Source: an uncultured Gammaproteobacteria bacterium (GTDB lineage: Bacteria; Patescibacteriota; Patescibacteriia; Patescibacteriales; UBA12465). Taken from it: a DNA stretch of 64,000 nucleotides. Position numbers and translations under genes: made by a program. How positions within the stretch are numbered: the stretch's first letter is position 1; every line of letters starts with the position of its first letter. The stretch covers positions 15,273 to 79,272 of the forward strand of contig CAZXEE010000002.1 of NCBI GenBank assembly GCA_964639785.1, given 5' to 3'. The notes below the pieces were generated by a model that ran no database searches, had not been told where the DNA came from, and saw only the letters and a list, made by a program, of their open reading frames with translations. Shown here in pieces: positions 1-8,977 of this stretch.

Positions 1-441
1 AATGCTTTAAGTATCAAGAACAAGAAAATCAAGCTAGATATGAAGCTTTTGGATTCAGAGGTTTCGATGGTTGATTGTGATAAGGGAAAGATCCGGAGAG
101 TTTTGGATATTCTTTTGCTCAATGCCATCAACTATACTCCAAGCGGCGGCAAGGTGGCCGTTTCTGTTGCTAATGACGGTTTTAATGGCCAGAACAGCCT
201 GATCATCTCAGTGGCTGATAATGGTATCGGAATCAATGATGCTGACAAGGTCAATTTATTTAAGAAATTTTTCCGTAGCCCTGAAGCTATCTCGATGTTC
301 CCGAACGGTTTTGGTTTAGGCTTGTTCCTAGCTCGGAAGATCGTCCGGGCTCATGGCGGCGATATCTGGTTTGACGGCCGTGAAGGCCAGGGAATGACGT
401 TTTCTTTTTCCATCCCGTTTAAGACCGAGAATAAGAAATAA
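1..441 (+). CDS. sensor histidine kinase, C-terminal ATPase domain (5' end outside window)
   Basis: Frame is open from base 1. Carries HATPase_c motifs 'LLNAINYT' (N-box), 'DNGIGI' (G1) and 'GFGLGL' (G2). Confidence 0.8.
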   Translation, partial: NALSIKNKKIKLDMKLLDSEVSMVDCDKGKIRRVLDILLLNAINYTPSGGKVAVSVANDGFNGQNSLIISVADNGIGINDADKVNLFKKFFRSPEAISMFPNGFGLGLFLARKIVRAHGGDIWFDGREGQGMTFSFSIPFKTENKK

Positions 442-457
442 AATAAGATTCAACCTT

Positions 458-820
458 ATGAAAAAAATAAATTTCGCCTTTTTGGCAGCCTTTTTGCTCT
501 TAGTCCTTTCGGCTTGTTCCGCTCAGAAACAGGGTCCAGCCCCAACAACTAGCCAACCATCGACTTCTACTAGCAGCACCGGCTATTCCTTGTCGGATGT
601 TGCTAGCCATAATTCGGCTTCGGATTGTTGGGCGATAATCGACAGCCAAGTATATGATTTTACTGCTTATGTCGAATCTGGTCAGCATCCTGGTGGAAGT
701 AATGTCTCTGATTGTTGCGGCATTGATTGCAGCAAGATGTTCAATAATATCCGGAAGCATTCCAGTGCTACGACCGATAGTGTCTTGGAACAGTATCTGA
801 TTGGGCCGGAAACCAAGTAG
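458..820 (+). CDS. cytochrome b5-like heme/steroid-binding domain lipoprotein
   Basis: Signal peptide with lipobox 'LSAC' and a Ser/Thr/Pro linker, then 'DCWAIIDSQVYDFTAYVESGQHPGG' (b5-like HPGG motif). Confidence 0.7.
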   Translation: MKKINFAFLAAFLLLVLSACSAQKQGPAPTTSQPSTSTSSTGYSLSDVASHNSASDCWAIIDSQVYDFTAYVESGQHPGGSNVSDCCGIDCSKMFNNIRKHSSATTDSVLEQYLIGPETK

Positions 821-832
821 TCTAATTAGGAT

Positions 833-872
833 AAAAATAAAAAAGAGGTCCAGCGGGGCCTCTTTTTGTTTT
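833..872. terminator. bidirectional rho-independent terminator between convergent genes
   Basis: Stem AGAGGTCC/GGGCCTCT (844-863) with a 4-nt loop. An A-run lies upstream and a T-run downstream. Confidence 0.7.
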
Positions 873-882
873 TTGGATCAGA

Positions 883-1704
883 TTATTTCTTCGTTGATCC
901 TTTTTTTGATTTCTTTTCTTCGCCGACTCTCTTAAGGATTTCAGCATCCTTGATGCTGTTTTCATAATCTCCGATTATGAAATAGCATATCCCTCTGTAA
1001 TGAAGAGCGTCAACATCTTTCGGTTGTAGTTCCAGGCAGATTGTCATGTCCTTGATAGTTTCCTGATAAAACAAATTAGGGTCTGTGTTTTCTCCGGACC
1101 CAGCTAGAAGGAAGTTGGCCACACCTTTGATGTAATGGGCGGTCAGGTTCTTCTTCAACCGGACGAATTGGCTTAGATTGCTGATGCAATCCTTTAGTTT
1201 TTCATCCCGGTTAAAATTAGGCAAGAAACTCAGATTGAAATTAGCCAGACCCTCATAGTAGTAAGCCATGGTGTCGAGCGGATTTATCGTTCTCGCCCAC
1301 TTCATGTCGGAACTGATTTGCTCCGCGTAATTCAGGCTGTCGATGATGTGATATGACAAACCTCTGTAATAGTGGAGATCAAAATCGCTTTGTTTCTCTT
1401 CCAGTCCCAAGGACATGGTCAGGATGGTCTCCTTGTACATTCCAAGATTAAACTGGCCGACACCTTTTAGTCTATAGGCCAGGAAGCTTTTGTTGCGGTT
1501 CAGAGCTGAATCCGAGTAGGCGATTACTGATTTGTAATCCTTGTCGTCTAAGCTGATCTGAGCCAGACGCAAATACAATTCAGCATTCTTGTCATTTAGG
1601 ATTTTCAGCGAGTCCTTTTGAGCCGCTGTAGTGTCCGATTGAGCCTTGGTAATATTAGGTATTATCAAGGCACCGATTAGCAACATTAAACAGATTTTCT
1701 TCAT
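883..1704 (-). CDS. secreted TPR-repeat protein
   Basis: N-terminal signal peptide 'MKKICLMLLIGALIIPNITKA'. Recurrent TPR-like units ('YYRGLSYH', 'YYEGLANF', 'HYRGICYF'). Confidence 0.6.
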   Translation of the reverse strand: MKKICLMLLIGALIIPNITKAQSDTTAAQKDSLKILNDKNAELYLRLAQISLDDKDYKSVIAYSDSALNRNKSFLAYRLKGVGQFNLGMYKETILTMSLGLEEKQSDFDLHYYRGLSYHIIDSLNYAEQISSDMKWARTINPLDTMAYYYEGLANFNLSFLPNFNRDEKLKDCISNLSQFVRLKKNLTAHYIKGVANFLLAGSGENTDPNLFYQETIKDMTICLELQPKDVDALHYRGICYFIIGDYENSIKDAEILKRVGEEKKSKKGSTKK

Positions 1705-1795
1705 TTTTTACAGTATTAGTGAATATTTCGGTTATCAAAAAACGGTAAGGAAATATTACCATAATTTAGCGATATGTCAAATTTGATGAATAATA

Positions 1796-3034
1796 CTATC
1801 TTTTATAGGTCTCTAAAAAATCTTTGATTTTTTCTGATTCAACTATGAGAGGTAACAGGAATTGTTTCAGATAATCAGGGTATTTGATAATCGTGGCATT
1901 CCGTAAGGAGCTTCTAGCTGCTTCTTGGTATTGTTTGATCTGGTGTTGCAGGCGAGGCAATTCTTTTTTGATAAAGTAATTATCAATCTTGTCCTCGCTG
2001 ATATTATTCTTTATCAATCTGACATTAGCGGCAGTGATAATCCCTTTTTGATAATCGGTTTTAAAATCATAGATGTCGTCTTGCAATTGGCGAGCGCCAA
2101 GGTAGTGTTTGAAAAATGATAAGATGTCTTTTCCGGTTGGTGAGTTGGGCGGGTATTTCAATCGATCCAGGATCAACATCGGTCCCAAACAATGGGCTAG
2201 TGATTTATTATAGAGAGCTGATGGTTTTTGATAATCTTTGGCGGAGGCCATGATATTGTTTTTAATCCTGGCATATTTACTCTCCCAAATTTGAGAGTAG
2301 TCCATCCGGGCTACAATCTTTTTGAAAAAAGAATGGAATTCGCGGGATGAGTCTTGGCGGCTAAAATGGAGAATGAATTCTCGAGCTGCCCAGTTGGCTA
2401 TCGGAAGCTTATCGAAGCTTTCATCCCCATCAATCAAATCATCATATAAGCTATATGATAGCCAGAGGAATAGGTTGGCTGAACCTAAACCGTAGATTGT
2501 TTCCGGTGGAATCCTAGTCCCCAGATTTCCTAGAGATAACTTGAAATAATATGCGAGTAATAATATTTGTTTGTCTTGGTCTCCATCGATTATCTTTTTT
2601 ATCTCGGTTTGGATGATAGCCTTGAAAGGCGGACATAAATTTTTTAGATGGCGTTTAGTTAGGCAATGGATACGTTCGAAGACCTTGTCATCTTCTGTTC
2701 GAGTTGTAGTTTTTGGGGAAAATCTTTCTAGGTTAGGTAAAATAATTCCTTGGTTTTTCAGAAATATGGCTATTTCTCGGTTTAGTTCCGGCTCCGGCTT
2801 TTCTTGGCCATCGGCATATGGTCCGCCCGGTTCGATTTCGAGCGAAATTAAAAGTTTAGTAATTCGGGCCAGGAGTTTGCCGGTTATCAGCCGGCGGTCA
2901 ATGGCGTTGATCCGGTTCAGGACTTTGAAGGTATCGGTGGCATTTTGAAAAAAGAAATTATTTTCCAGATAACCAGAGTCCTGCTTTAGCTTTCTGATTA
3001 TGAGAGCGGCTTGTTTTTTGTTTGAGTCTGTCAT
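1796..3034 (-). CDS. divergent class I isoprenoid (prenyl/terpene) synthase-like protein
   Basis: Two Asp-rich motifs, 'YDDLIDGD' and 'LQDDIYD', lie about 120 aa apart. I moved the start from 3193 (ORF track) to the ATG at 3034. The gene still overlaps the upstream kinase 3' end by 77 nt. Confidence 0.45.
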   Translation of the reverse strand: MTDSNKKQAALIIRKLKQDSGYLENNFFFQNATDTFKVLNRINAIDRRLITGKLLARITKLLISLEIEPGGPYADGQEKPEPELNREIAIFLKNQGIILPNLERFSPKTTTRTEDDKVFERIHCLTKRHLKNLCPPFKAIIQTEIKKIIDGDQDKQILLLAYYFKLSLGNLGTRIPPETIYGLGSANLFLWLSYSLYDDLIDGDESFDKLPIANWAAREFILHFSRQDSSREFHSFFKKIVARMDYSQIWESKYARIKNNIMASAKDYQKPSALYNKSLAHCLGPMLILDRLKYPPNSPTGKDILSFFKHYLGARQLQDDIYDFKTDYQKGIITAANVRLIKNNISEDKIDNYFIKKELPRLQHQIKQYQEAARSSLRNATIIKYPDYLKQFLLPLIVESEKIKDFLETYKR

Positions 3035-4358
3035 AACGGTGGGGGATCTTGACGATAAATTTAACTCCGATGCCGAAATCATTTTTGACTTTGATGCTGC
3101 CGTCGAAATCTTTTTCGATAATGCTTTTGGTTGATGACAATCCAATCCCCAATCCTTCTTGCGGTCCTGACTTAGTACTGAAGAACGGTTCAAATATCTT
3201 TGATAGGTTGTCCGGGGTTATGCCGCCGGCTCGATCGGAAACCGCCAAATATATATAACTTCTTTGGTGGTACAAGGAAATATTGATGGTTCGATGTTTT
3301 GAATGATTAGTGTTGTAAGCATCTATGGCATTACTGATCAGGTTGATAACTATTTGGTTGAATTTGATGGGATCGCCGTAACTTTTGATTTCGCTTTCAG
3401 AAGAAAATTTGAGGTGTAGATCGTTCTTTATTATCTTGTGATTTAAGATCTTGATGATCTGGCTAATTTCTTCATTCAAAGAAAAATAGCTTTGATCGCT
3501 TTGGCGTTTGAGTTGCTTGCGCAGGGCAATGATGAAATCTTCCATCTTGCGGCTGGCTCTGATGGCTCCATCAAGGCAATCGGATCTTTCTAATCCATCT
3601 TTTCTGGCTTGCCCTAGATTTAGGGTCAGGGCGCTTAGGGGGTTCATTAAGTCATGGAAAATACCGGAAGAAAGCCGGCCGAATTCGGCGAAGCGGTAGA
3701 GGTTGGCCATTTTTTCTATCTGGATTTCCTTGATTTCTTTGGTCCTTTCTTCCACTTTAGCTTCTAAGGAGTCACGTTCGGCTTTCAGCTCCATTTCCAG
3801 TTTTTTGGCTTTTTGGAAGGACTTTTCAATCTGCCGGTTATAGAAATAATTGATAGTCATCATGATTCCCAAAATGATAATTTCTGGAATCTTGTCTAGA
3901 GGGCTGATCTTTTCATTTTGCCAATATAAATTAGGTTGGATGATACCCTCAGCTTCTAGGGTGGATAGTAGTATGATGACGCCGCCGCTGAGAACAACTG
4001 AAACTAGGCCCCAGACATTGCCGAAGAGGATGCCGGCTACCAGGATTATCAAAGCGTAGAAGATTATGCCGATAGGTAGTCCTGATCCCCAAGCAATCAA
4101 GAAGCCGGTGTTGATAAGAAAATAAGTGCTGACGAAGATAATTCCAGCCAGTCGAGAATGATGATAGCGATTTAAGATTAGTACCGAAAGAAAAATCAGG
4201 ATCGGTATTAGAACGAATAATAACGGCAGGCCTTGGTAGTTGTCTTGGTATTGGATTTTGTCGGCTACTAATATCAAGCCAGCTATTAAGCTGAGGATGA
4301 TTGAGCCTTGGGTTAGTTTGGTGAGGATTGATTCTCGTCTAGCTTCGTTGTCGTTCAT
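2958..4358 (-). CDS. membrane sensor histidine kinase
   Basis: Multiple N-terminal TM helices and a coiled coil. H-box 'FHDLMNPLSAL', N-box 'NLISNAIDAY', then 'DRAGGI' and 'GLGIGL'. Confidence 0.85.
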   Translation of the reverse strand: MNDNEARRESILTKLTQGSIILSLIAGLILVADKIQYQDNYQGLPLLFVLIPILIFLSVLILNRYHHSRLAGIIFVSTYFLINTGFLIAWGSGLPIGIIFYALIILVAGILFGNVWGLVSVVLSGGVIILLSTLEAEGIIQPNLYWQNEKISPLDKIPEIIILGIMMTINYFYNRQIEKSFQKAKKLEMELKAERDSLEAKVEERTKEIKEIQIEKMANLYRFAEFGRLSSGIFHDLMNPLSALTLNLGQARKDGLERSDCLDGAIRASRKMEDFIIALRKQLKRQSDQSYFSLNEEISQIIKILNHKIIKNDLHLKFSSESEIKSYGDPIKFNQIVINLISNAIDAYNTNHSKHRTINISLYHQRSYIYLAVSDRAGGITPDNLSKIFEPFFSTKSGPQEGLGIGLSSTKSIIEKDFDGSIKVKNDFGIGVKFIVKIPHRYDRLKQKTSRSHNQKAKAGLWLSGK

Positions 4359-4535
4359 GGTTTATTGGCGCCAAGGGATTCCGTTAGAAAAGTTGAGCTT
4401 GTCTAGGTATTCTATGGAGCGTTTTGATTTGTATCTTAGGATTGATTCTATTATTCGGCTCATATGTTTGATGTTAGTGAATATTCTCAGGGAAGAGCCG
4501 ACCTTTATGAAACTCTTCCCAGTATAACATATATT

Positions 4536-5234
4536 TCAGAGGTTGGATGACAATATATAGTATTTAGCTTCTCGAATCATAATTTCTTTTTCTTGATAAC
4601 CTAATTGTTTGAAATTAGTGAACAAAGGATAGCTGTAATTGAAATGCAGATTCTTTTCGAGATAGTCGGCGGCCAACTTGATCTGAGGCGGAGTTTCCGG
4701 ATAGAAGGGACCGATTATCAGCCGTCCCTTCAAGTGTAACTTAATATCTAGAAGCAGTTTGATCGAAGTCCTCTTATCGAGCAAACCCCAGAAATTATTG
4801 ATGATGACATTATCGATTCCGGCTAGCTTGCGGAAATCATAGTTTTCAATCTTGCCTGGGATCAGATGGACTTGGTCATAGTCCTTTAATCTTTTTCGGG
4901 CCAGGCGGATCATGGCCCGGCTATGGTCTAATCCGAAAAGCGGTTGGAATTTAGCTTGAGCCAAATGTTCTAATAGGTTGCCGGTGCCACAAGCGATTTC
5001 TAACACCGATCCCGACCGTAAATACTTGATCAGTATCCGGCTAAGATAGCCATAATCGGCATTCTGCCAGATGGCCTGGGAACTGGTCAGACGGGTATAG
5101 AAATCGGCGCTGGAACTTATCTGCCCGGATAGGATCGGGTCATACAACCCTTTTTTCTTAAAGGAGTCTAAAATTTTAGCGGGAATGAACGAGAAGATAG
5201 TATCCAGAGCTTCATAAGTTGTCATATTGGTCAT
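4536..5234 (-). CDS. class I SAM-dependent methyltransferase
   Basis: Motif I 'VLEIACGTGNL' and post-I 'GLDHS'. Length is typical of the family. Confidence 0.75.
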   Translation of the reverse strand: MTNMTTYEALDTIFSFIPAKILDSFKKKGLYDPILSGQISSSADFYTRLTSSQAIWQNADYGYLSRILIKYLRSGSVLEIACGTGNLLEHLAQAKFQPLFGLDHSRAMIRLARKRLKDYDQVHLIPGKIENYDFRKLAGIDNVIINNFWGLLDKRTSIKLLLDIKLHLKGRLIIGPFYPETPPQIKLAADYLEKNLHFNYSYPLFTNFKQLGYQEKEIMIREAKYYILSSNL

Positions 5235-5260
5235 TGATTATTTTTAAATTAACCGGGATT

Positions 5261-5464
5261 TTATTCCCGGTTTGGTTTTAGGCATATCCGATCTTCCGGT
5301 TCGAAGCGCCCGAAGGCTGAGGAATGGAAGAAGGGACAATCGGTCTTTTCTTTGGAACATAATTTTTGCGTCCCAATCTGGCCCAGGAAGATTTGTTCCG
5401 GACAATTTTTTTCATCGTCCATGCCCATTTTTAGGCAGGGGTGATAATGGCAATAATTTTTCAT
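5261..5464 (-). CDS. small Cys-rich hypothetical protein (6 Cys)
   Basis: 67-aa ORF co-directional with the downstream methyltransferase. The competing + strand ORF (5272-5514) is Arg-rich and low-complexity. No clear RBS, and a hairpin (5251-5272) overlaps the stop. Confidence 0.3.
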   Translation of the reverse strand: MKNYCHYHPCLKMGMDDEKNCPEQIFLGQIGTQKLCSKEKTDCPFFHSSAFGRFEPEDRICLKPNRE

Positions 5465-5635
5465 GTCAGCAGTTTTTATTTTTGATCGCTTTTATCATAA
5501 CAACGTTGGGTTAAAGCGGCCTTAAAATAGCGGTAAATAAAAGCTGGGCTTGGAAAATATAAATTTATCCGTTTTTATTGGAATTCTTAGGGCTGATTTG
5601 ATTTTTAACCCCAATTATTCTAAAGTATTATCAAT

Positions 5636-7705
5636 ATGAACCAGCAAGACCATCTTTTAACCAGGAGAAAACGTGGCCAGGATCCTTTTGTGATCCGGGA
5701 AGGCAAATTCAAGCAGGCATCTTTGGAAGATTCCTTCTATCATTTAGATTGGGCTGAAGAATCCTTTTTGTCCGGTAATAATGATAAGGAGATGATGCGC
5801 CGGACTTTTGATTTGTCTAAACTGAGATATATCACCGGCTTCTTAGCATTATTCATGATCGTTATCTTGTGCCGGGTCTTCTGGCTGCAGGTTGTCAAAG
5901 GCGAATACTATTATTCTATGGCTGAAGGCAACCGTTTGAAGATTGTCAGCGTAGAGCCGAAACGTGGAATCATTTATGACAGCAAACAAAGGCCGCTGGT
6001 GACTAATGAAGCTAATTTCATCCTTTATCTCATCCCGAATGATTTGCCTCACAATGAATTGGAAAGGGATAATGTCTTACGTCGGATCAGCAGCATCTTG
6101 GATCAGAAAACGGCTAGCGCTCAATCTCAGGTGGGAAGCTTGGAATTGATTTCTGACAGTTCGTCTTTTTATGAGCTTAAGGAAAAGGTAGACAAGATTA
6201 AGATTAATTCCTTAGACGCTTATCAACCATTGTTCATTGTTGATAATCTGGAATATCAGACGGCCATGGAGCTCTACCTGGAAGCGGAAAAGATCCCAGG
6301 AGTCTTTATCTCCAACAAGATTCGGCGCAATTATGTCAGCGCCGCCACTTCAACGGCTAACATGCTGCCGATAGGAGAAAGTAGTTTTTCCCATATCCTT
6401 GGTTATACCGGAAAGATCAATGACAAGGAGTTAGCTAAGCATGGCAATGAATATTCCTTAATCGATTATTTGGGTAAGACCGGCATTGAATATAGTTATG
6501 AAAAGGAATTGAAAGGTAAGAAAGGAAACAAGAACATTGAAGTTGATGCTCTGGGGAAAGAAAAGAAAATTGTCAGTCAGACCGCTCCGGAGGATGGGCA
6601 TAACCTGGTTTTAGGAATCGATTATGACCTGCAGAAAAAAGTGGAGGATGTATTGAAGACCAGCTTGGGGAAATTAGGCCTTAAAAAAGCTTCGGTCGTA
6701 ATCGAGAATCCGAAGAACGGAGAAATCCTGGCTTTAGTCAGTTGGCCGGCATATGATAATAATGTATTTGCGCGCGGCATTAAGTCTGGCGACTATAACA
6801 AACTTTTGAAAGATCCTAGCCGTCCTTTGTTTAATCGGGTGATGTCTGGAGAATTTCCAATCGGTTCTACCTTTAAACCGGTCATGTCGGCAGCCGCTTT
6901 GCAAGAGAAAGTTATTACCGAGAATACGAGTTTCATGAGTACCGGCGGTTTGCATGTCGGCCAATGGTCCTTTCCGGATTGGAAGGCCGGAGGTCATGGA
7001 GCGACCAATGTCAAAAAAGCCATTGCTGAATCGGTTAATACTTTTTTCTATTATATCGGTGGCGGCTATGGAGATTTTCAAGGTTTGGGCATTGAGAGGA
7101 TCGTCAAATATGCCGCTATGTTCGGCTTGAGCCAGGCAACTGGCATCGATCTGCCTAACGAAGCGACCGGCTTCTTGCCTTCAGCTAAATGGAAGGAAGA
7201 CACGAAGAATGAAGTATGGTATATTGGAGATACCTATCATGCTTCAATCGGCCAGGGCGATATCACTGGCACTCCTTTGCAAGTAGCTAACTATACTGCA
7301 GCCATTGCTAATGGCGGCACCCTATATCAGCCGCATGTCGTCAGTAAAATATTGGATCATGATAATAATCTGATCGAAGAGATCAAGCCGACAGTAATTC
7401 GTTCTAACTTCATTGATTCAAAGAATATCAAGATAGTCCAAGAAGGCATGCGCCAAACTGTAACTGACGGTAGCGGACGCAATTTGAACTCTTTGCCAGT
7501 AGCAGTAGCTGGAAAAACCGGTACGGCTCAGTGGTCTAGTAATCATAATAATCAAGCTTGGTTTACCGGTTATGCACCATATGATAATCCGGAATTGGCG
7601 ATCACTGTCCTCGTAGAAGAGGGTGGCGAAGGCAGCAGCGTGGCGGTCCCGATAGCCAAGGAAATATTGCAATATTACTTCGTCGATAGTCGAAAAACTA
7701 ATTAA
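5636..7705 (+). CDS. class B penicillin-binding protein (PBP2/FtsI-type transpeptidase)
   Basis: N-terminal TM anchor. Transpeptidase motifs 'STFKP' (SxxK), 'SVN' (SxN) and 'KTGTA' (KTG). Confidence 0.9.
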   Translation: MNQQDHLLTRRKRGQDPFVIREGKFKQASLEDSFYHLDWAEESFLSGNNDKEMMRRTFDLSKLRYITGFLALFMIVILCRVFWLQVVKGEYYYSMAEGNRLKIVSVEPKRGIIYDSKQRPLVTNEANFILYLIPNDLPHNELERDNVLRRISSILDQKTASAQSQVGSLELISDSSSFYELKEKVDKIKINSLDAYQPLFIVDNLEYQTAMELYLEAEKIPGVFISNKIRRNYVSAATSTANMLPIGESSFSHILGYTGKINDKELAKHGNEYSLIDYLGKTGIEYSYEKELKGKKGNKNIEVDALGKEKKIVSQTAPEDGHNLVLGIDYDLQKKVEDVLKTSLGKLGLKKASVVIENPKNGEILALVSWPAYDNNVFARGIKSGDYNKLLKDPSRPLFNRVMSGEFPIGSTFKPVMSAAALQEKVITENTSFMSTGGLHVGQWSFPDWKAGGHGATNVKKAIAESVNTFFYYIGGGYGDFQGLGIERIVKYAAMFGLSQATGIDLPNEATGFLPSAKWKEDTKNEVWYIGDTYHASIGQGDITGTPLQVANYTAAIANGGTLYQPHVVSKILDHDNNLIEEIKPTVIRSNFIDSKNIKIVQEGMRQTVTDGSGRNLNSLPVAVAGKTGTAQWSSNHNNQAWFTGYAPYDNPELAITVLVEEGGEGSSVAVPIAKEILQYYFVDSRKTN

Positions 7706-7710
7706 AATAT

Positions 7711-8898
7711 ATGAAAGCTTTTAAAATAATCCTAAAATTAATCGTCTATGGCTTTGCCGTTGTCGGCTTCGTCTTGACTGCCGGCTTCTTTGCCGTAAAA
7801 CTGAACCTGACCACGACTGTCGCTATGGTTGATAAGAATAATGACAGGTATCAAGAGGCTTCTGAGAAGTTTTCGGAGTCTGATGAATTCAGCCAGATAT
7901 CCACGAGTTCCGATGGCAATCATTCGGTTCTGGCGATTGATGACCTGGAAAAACGGATTGCTGAGCTGAATAATTCTTCCCAGCAATTGAATGATTTGAA
8001 ACTACGCAAGATGAGAGACTTGTGTAAGATTTCGGTAATCGGGGAGGTGGCTCCGGTTAATGCTAAGAATATTCTGGAGGTTTATAAGAAAGACGCTTCA
8101 GAATGGCTATTCAACCAAATGGTCTTGGCAGTGTCTTTGCGCTTGGAGAATAATTCCGATTGGCAGAGCCGTTTGGAGGCCTGCGATACCGTTTCTACCG
8201 TTTCTTTGTCGGAATCCGATATAATCAAACAATATGAAAATGCTGAAGGCAAGAATATCTTCCCTTGGTCGAATACTGAATCCTGGTCGGTGGTGGAACG
8301 GGCTGTCTTGAAGGATGAAGCGGTAATCAAGCGCGTGGCCCAAGAATTGAATGTCGATTCCCGGACCATAGTTTCTATCCTGATCGTCGAACAGCTTAGG
8401 TTATATAATACGCAGCGAGAATATTTTGAGAAGTTCTTCAAGCCTTTGGAAATATTGGCCAATGCCAACAAGATGGCCTGGGGAGTGATGGCCATCAAGG
8501 AAGTGACTGCTATCGATATTGAGAAGAATATCAAGAACTCCAGTTCGGCTTTCTATCCTGGCAAAGAATATGAAGATATTTTGGATTTCAAGACCGGGAA
8601 TCCTGACCGGGAGAGATATGACCGTCTGACAAACAGCAAGGACCATTATTACTCCTATCTCTATGGCGGATTATTGATCAAGGAATTGATAACCCAATGG
8701 GATCATTCCGGTTATAATATTTCCCGCCGGCCGGAACTTATTTCTACTCTTTTCAATATCGGCTTCACTAAATCCAAACCGAAAGAAAATCCTCAGATCG
8801 GCGGTTCAATCATCACTATCGGTGATGTTGATTATACTTTCGGTTCGCTTTCTCACGAATTCTATTATTCCGGCTTATTGCCGCAATTCGGTTATTAA
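7711..8898 (+). CDS. membrane-anchored hypothetical protein, possibly cell-wall related
   Basis: Starts 5 nt after the PBP stop. N-terminal TM helix 'IVYGFAVVGFVLTAGFFAV'. No firm family match by eye. Confidence 0.6.
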   Translation: MKAFKIILKLIVYGFAVVGFVLTAGFFAVKLNLTTTVAMVDKNNDRYQEASEKFSESDEFSQISTSSDGNHSVLAIDDLEKRIAELNNSSQQLNDLKLRKMRDLCKISVIGEVAPVNAKNILEVYKKDASEWLFNQMVLAVSLRLENNSDWQSRLEACDTVSTVSLSESDIIKQYENAEGKNIFPWSNTESWSVVERAVLKDEAVIKRVAQELNVDSRTIVSILIVEQLRLYNTQREYFEKFFKPLEILANANKMAWGVMAIKEVTAIDIEKNIKNSSSAFYPGKEYEDILDFKTGNPDRERYDRLTNSKDHYYSYLYGGLLIKELITQWDHSGYNISRRPELISTLFNIGFTKSKPKENPQIGGSIITIGDVDYTFGSLSHEFYYSGLLPQFGY

Positions 8899-8920
8899 AT
8901 TCTAGTCTTTTCGTTAAGTA

Positions 8921-8960
8921 AATGGTATAATCCAAGTATGGGTTATACCATTTTTGTTTT
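8921..8960 (+). terminator. rho-independent terminator (also contains a TGnTATAAT-like box)
   Basis: 10-bp stem AATGGTATAA/TTATACCATT (8921-8930 / 8943-8952) followed by TTTGTTTT. Confidence 0.6.
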
Positions 8961-8977
8961 ACGATAATTTTTATCTT

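Noticed and set aside
4490-4520. An 8-bp GGGAAGAG/CTCTTCCC hairpin between the methyltransferase and kinase genes, considered as a possible terminator.
   Set aside because: It has a 15-nt loop and no T-run on the minus strand, where both flanking genes are transcribed. The evidence is too weak to call a terminator.
5272-5514. An 80-aa plus-strand ORF opposite the small Cys-rich ORF.
   Set aside because: It is Arg/Gly/Phe-rich and low-complexity, and its orientation conflicts with both neighbours. I kept the minus-strand ORF, though only at low confidence.
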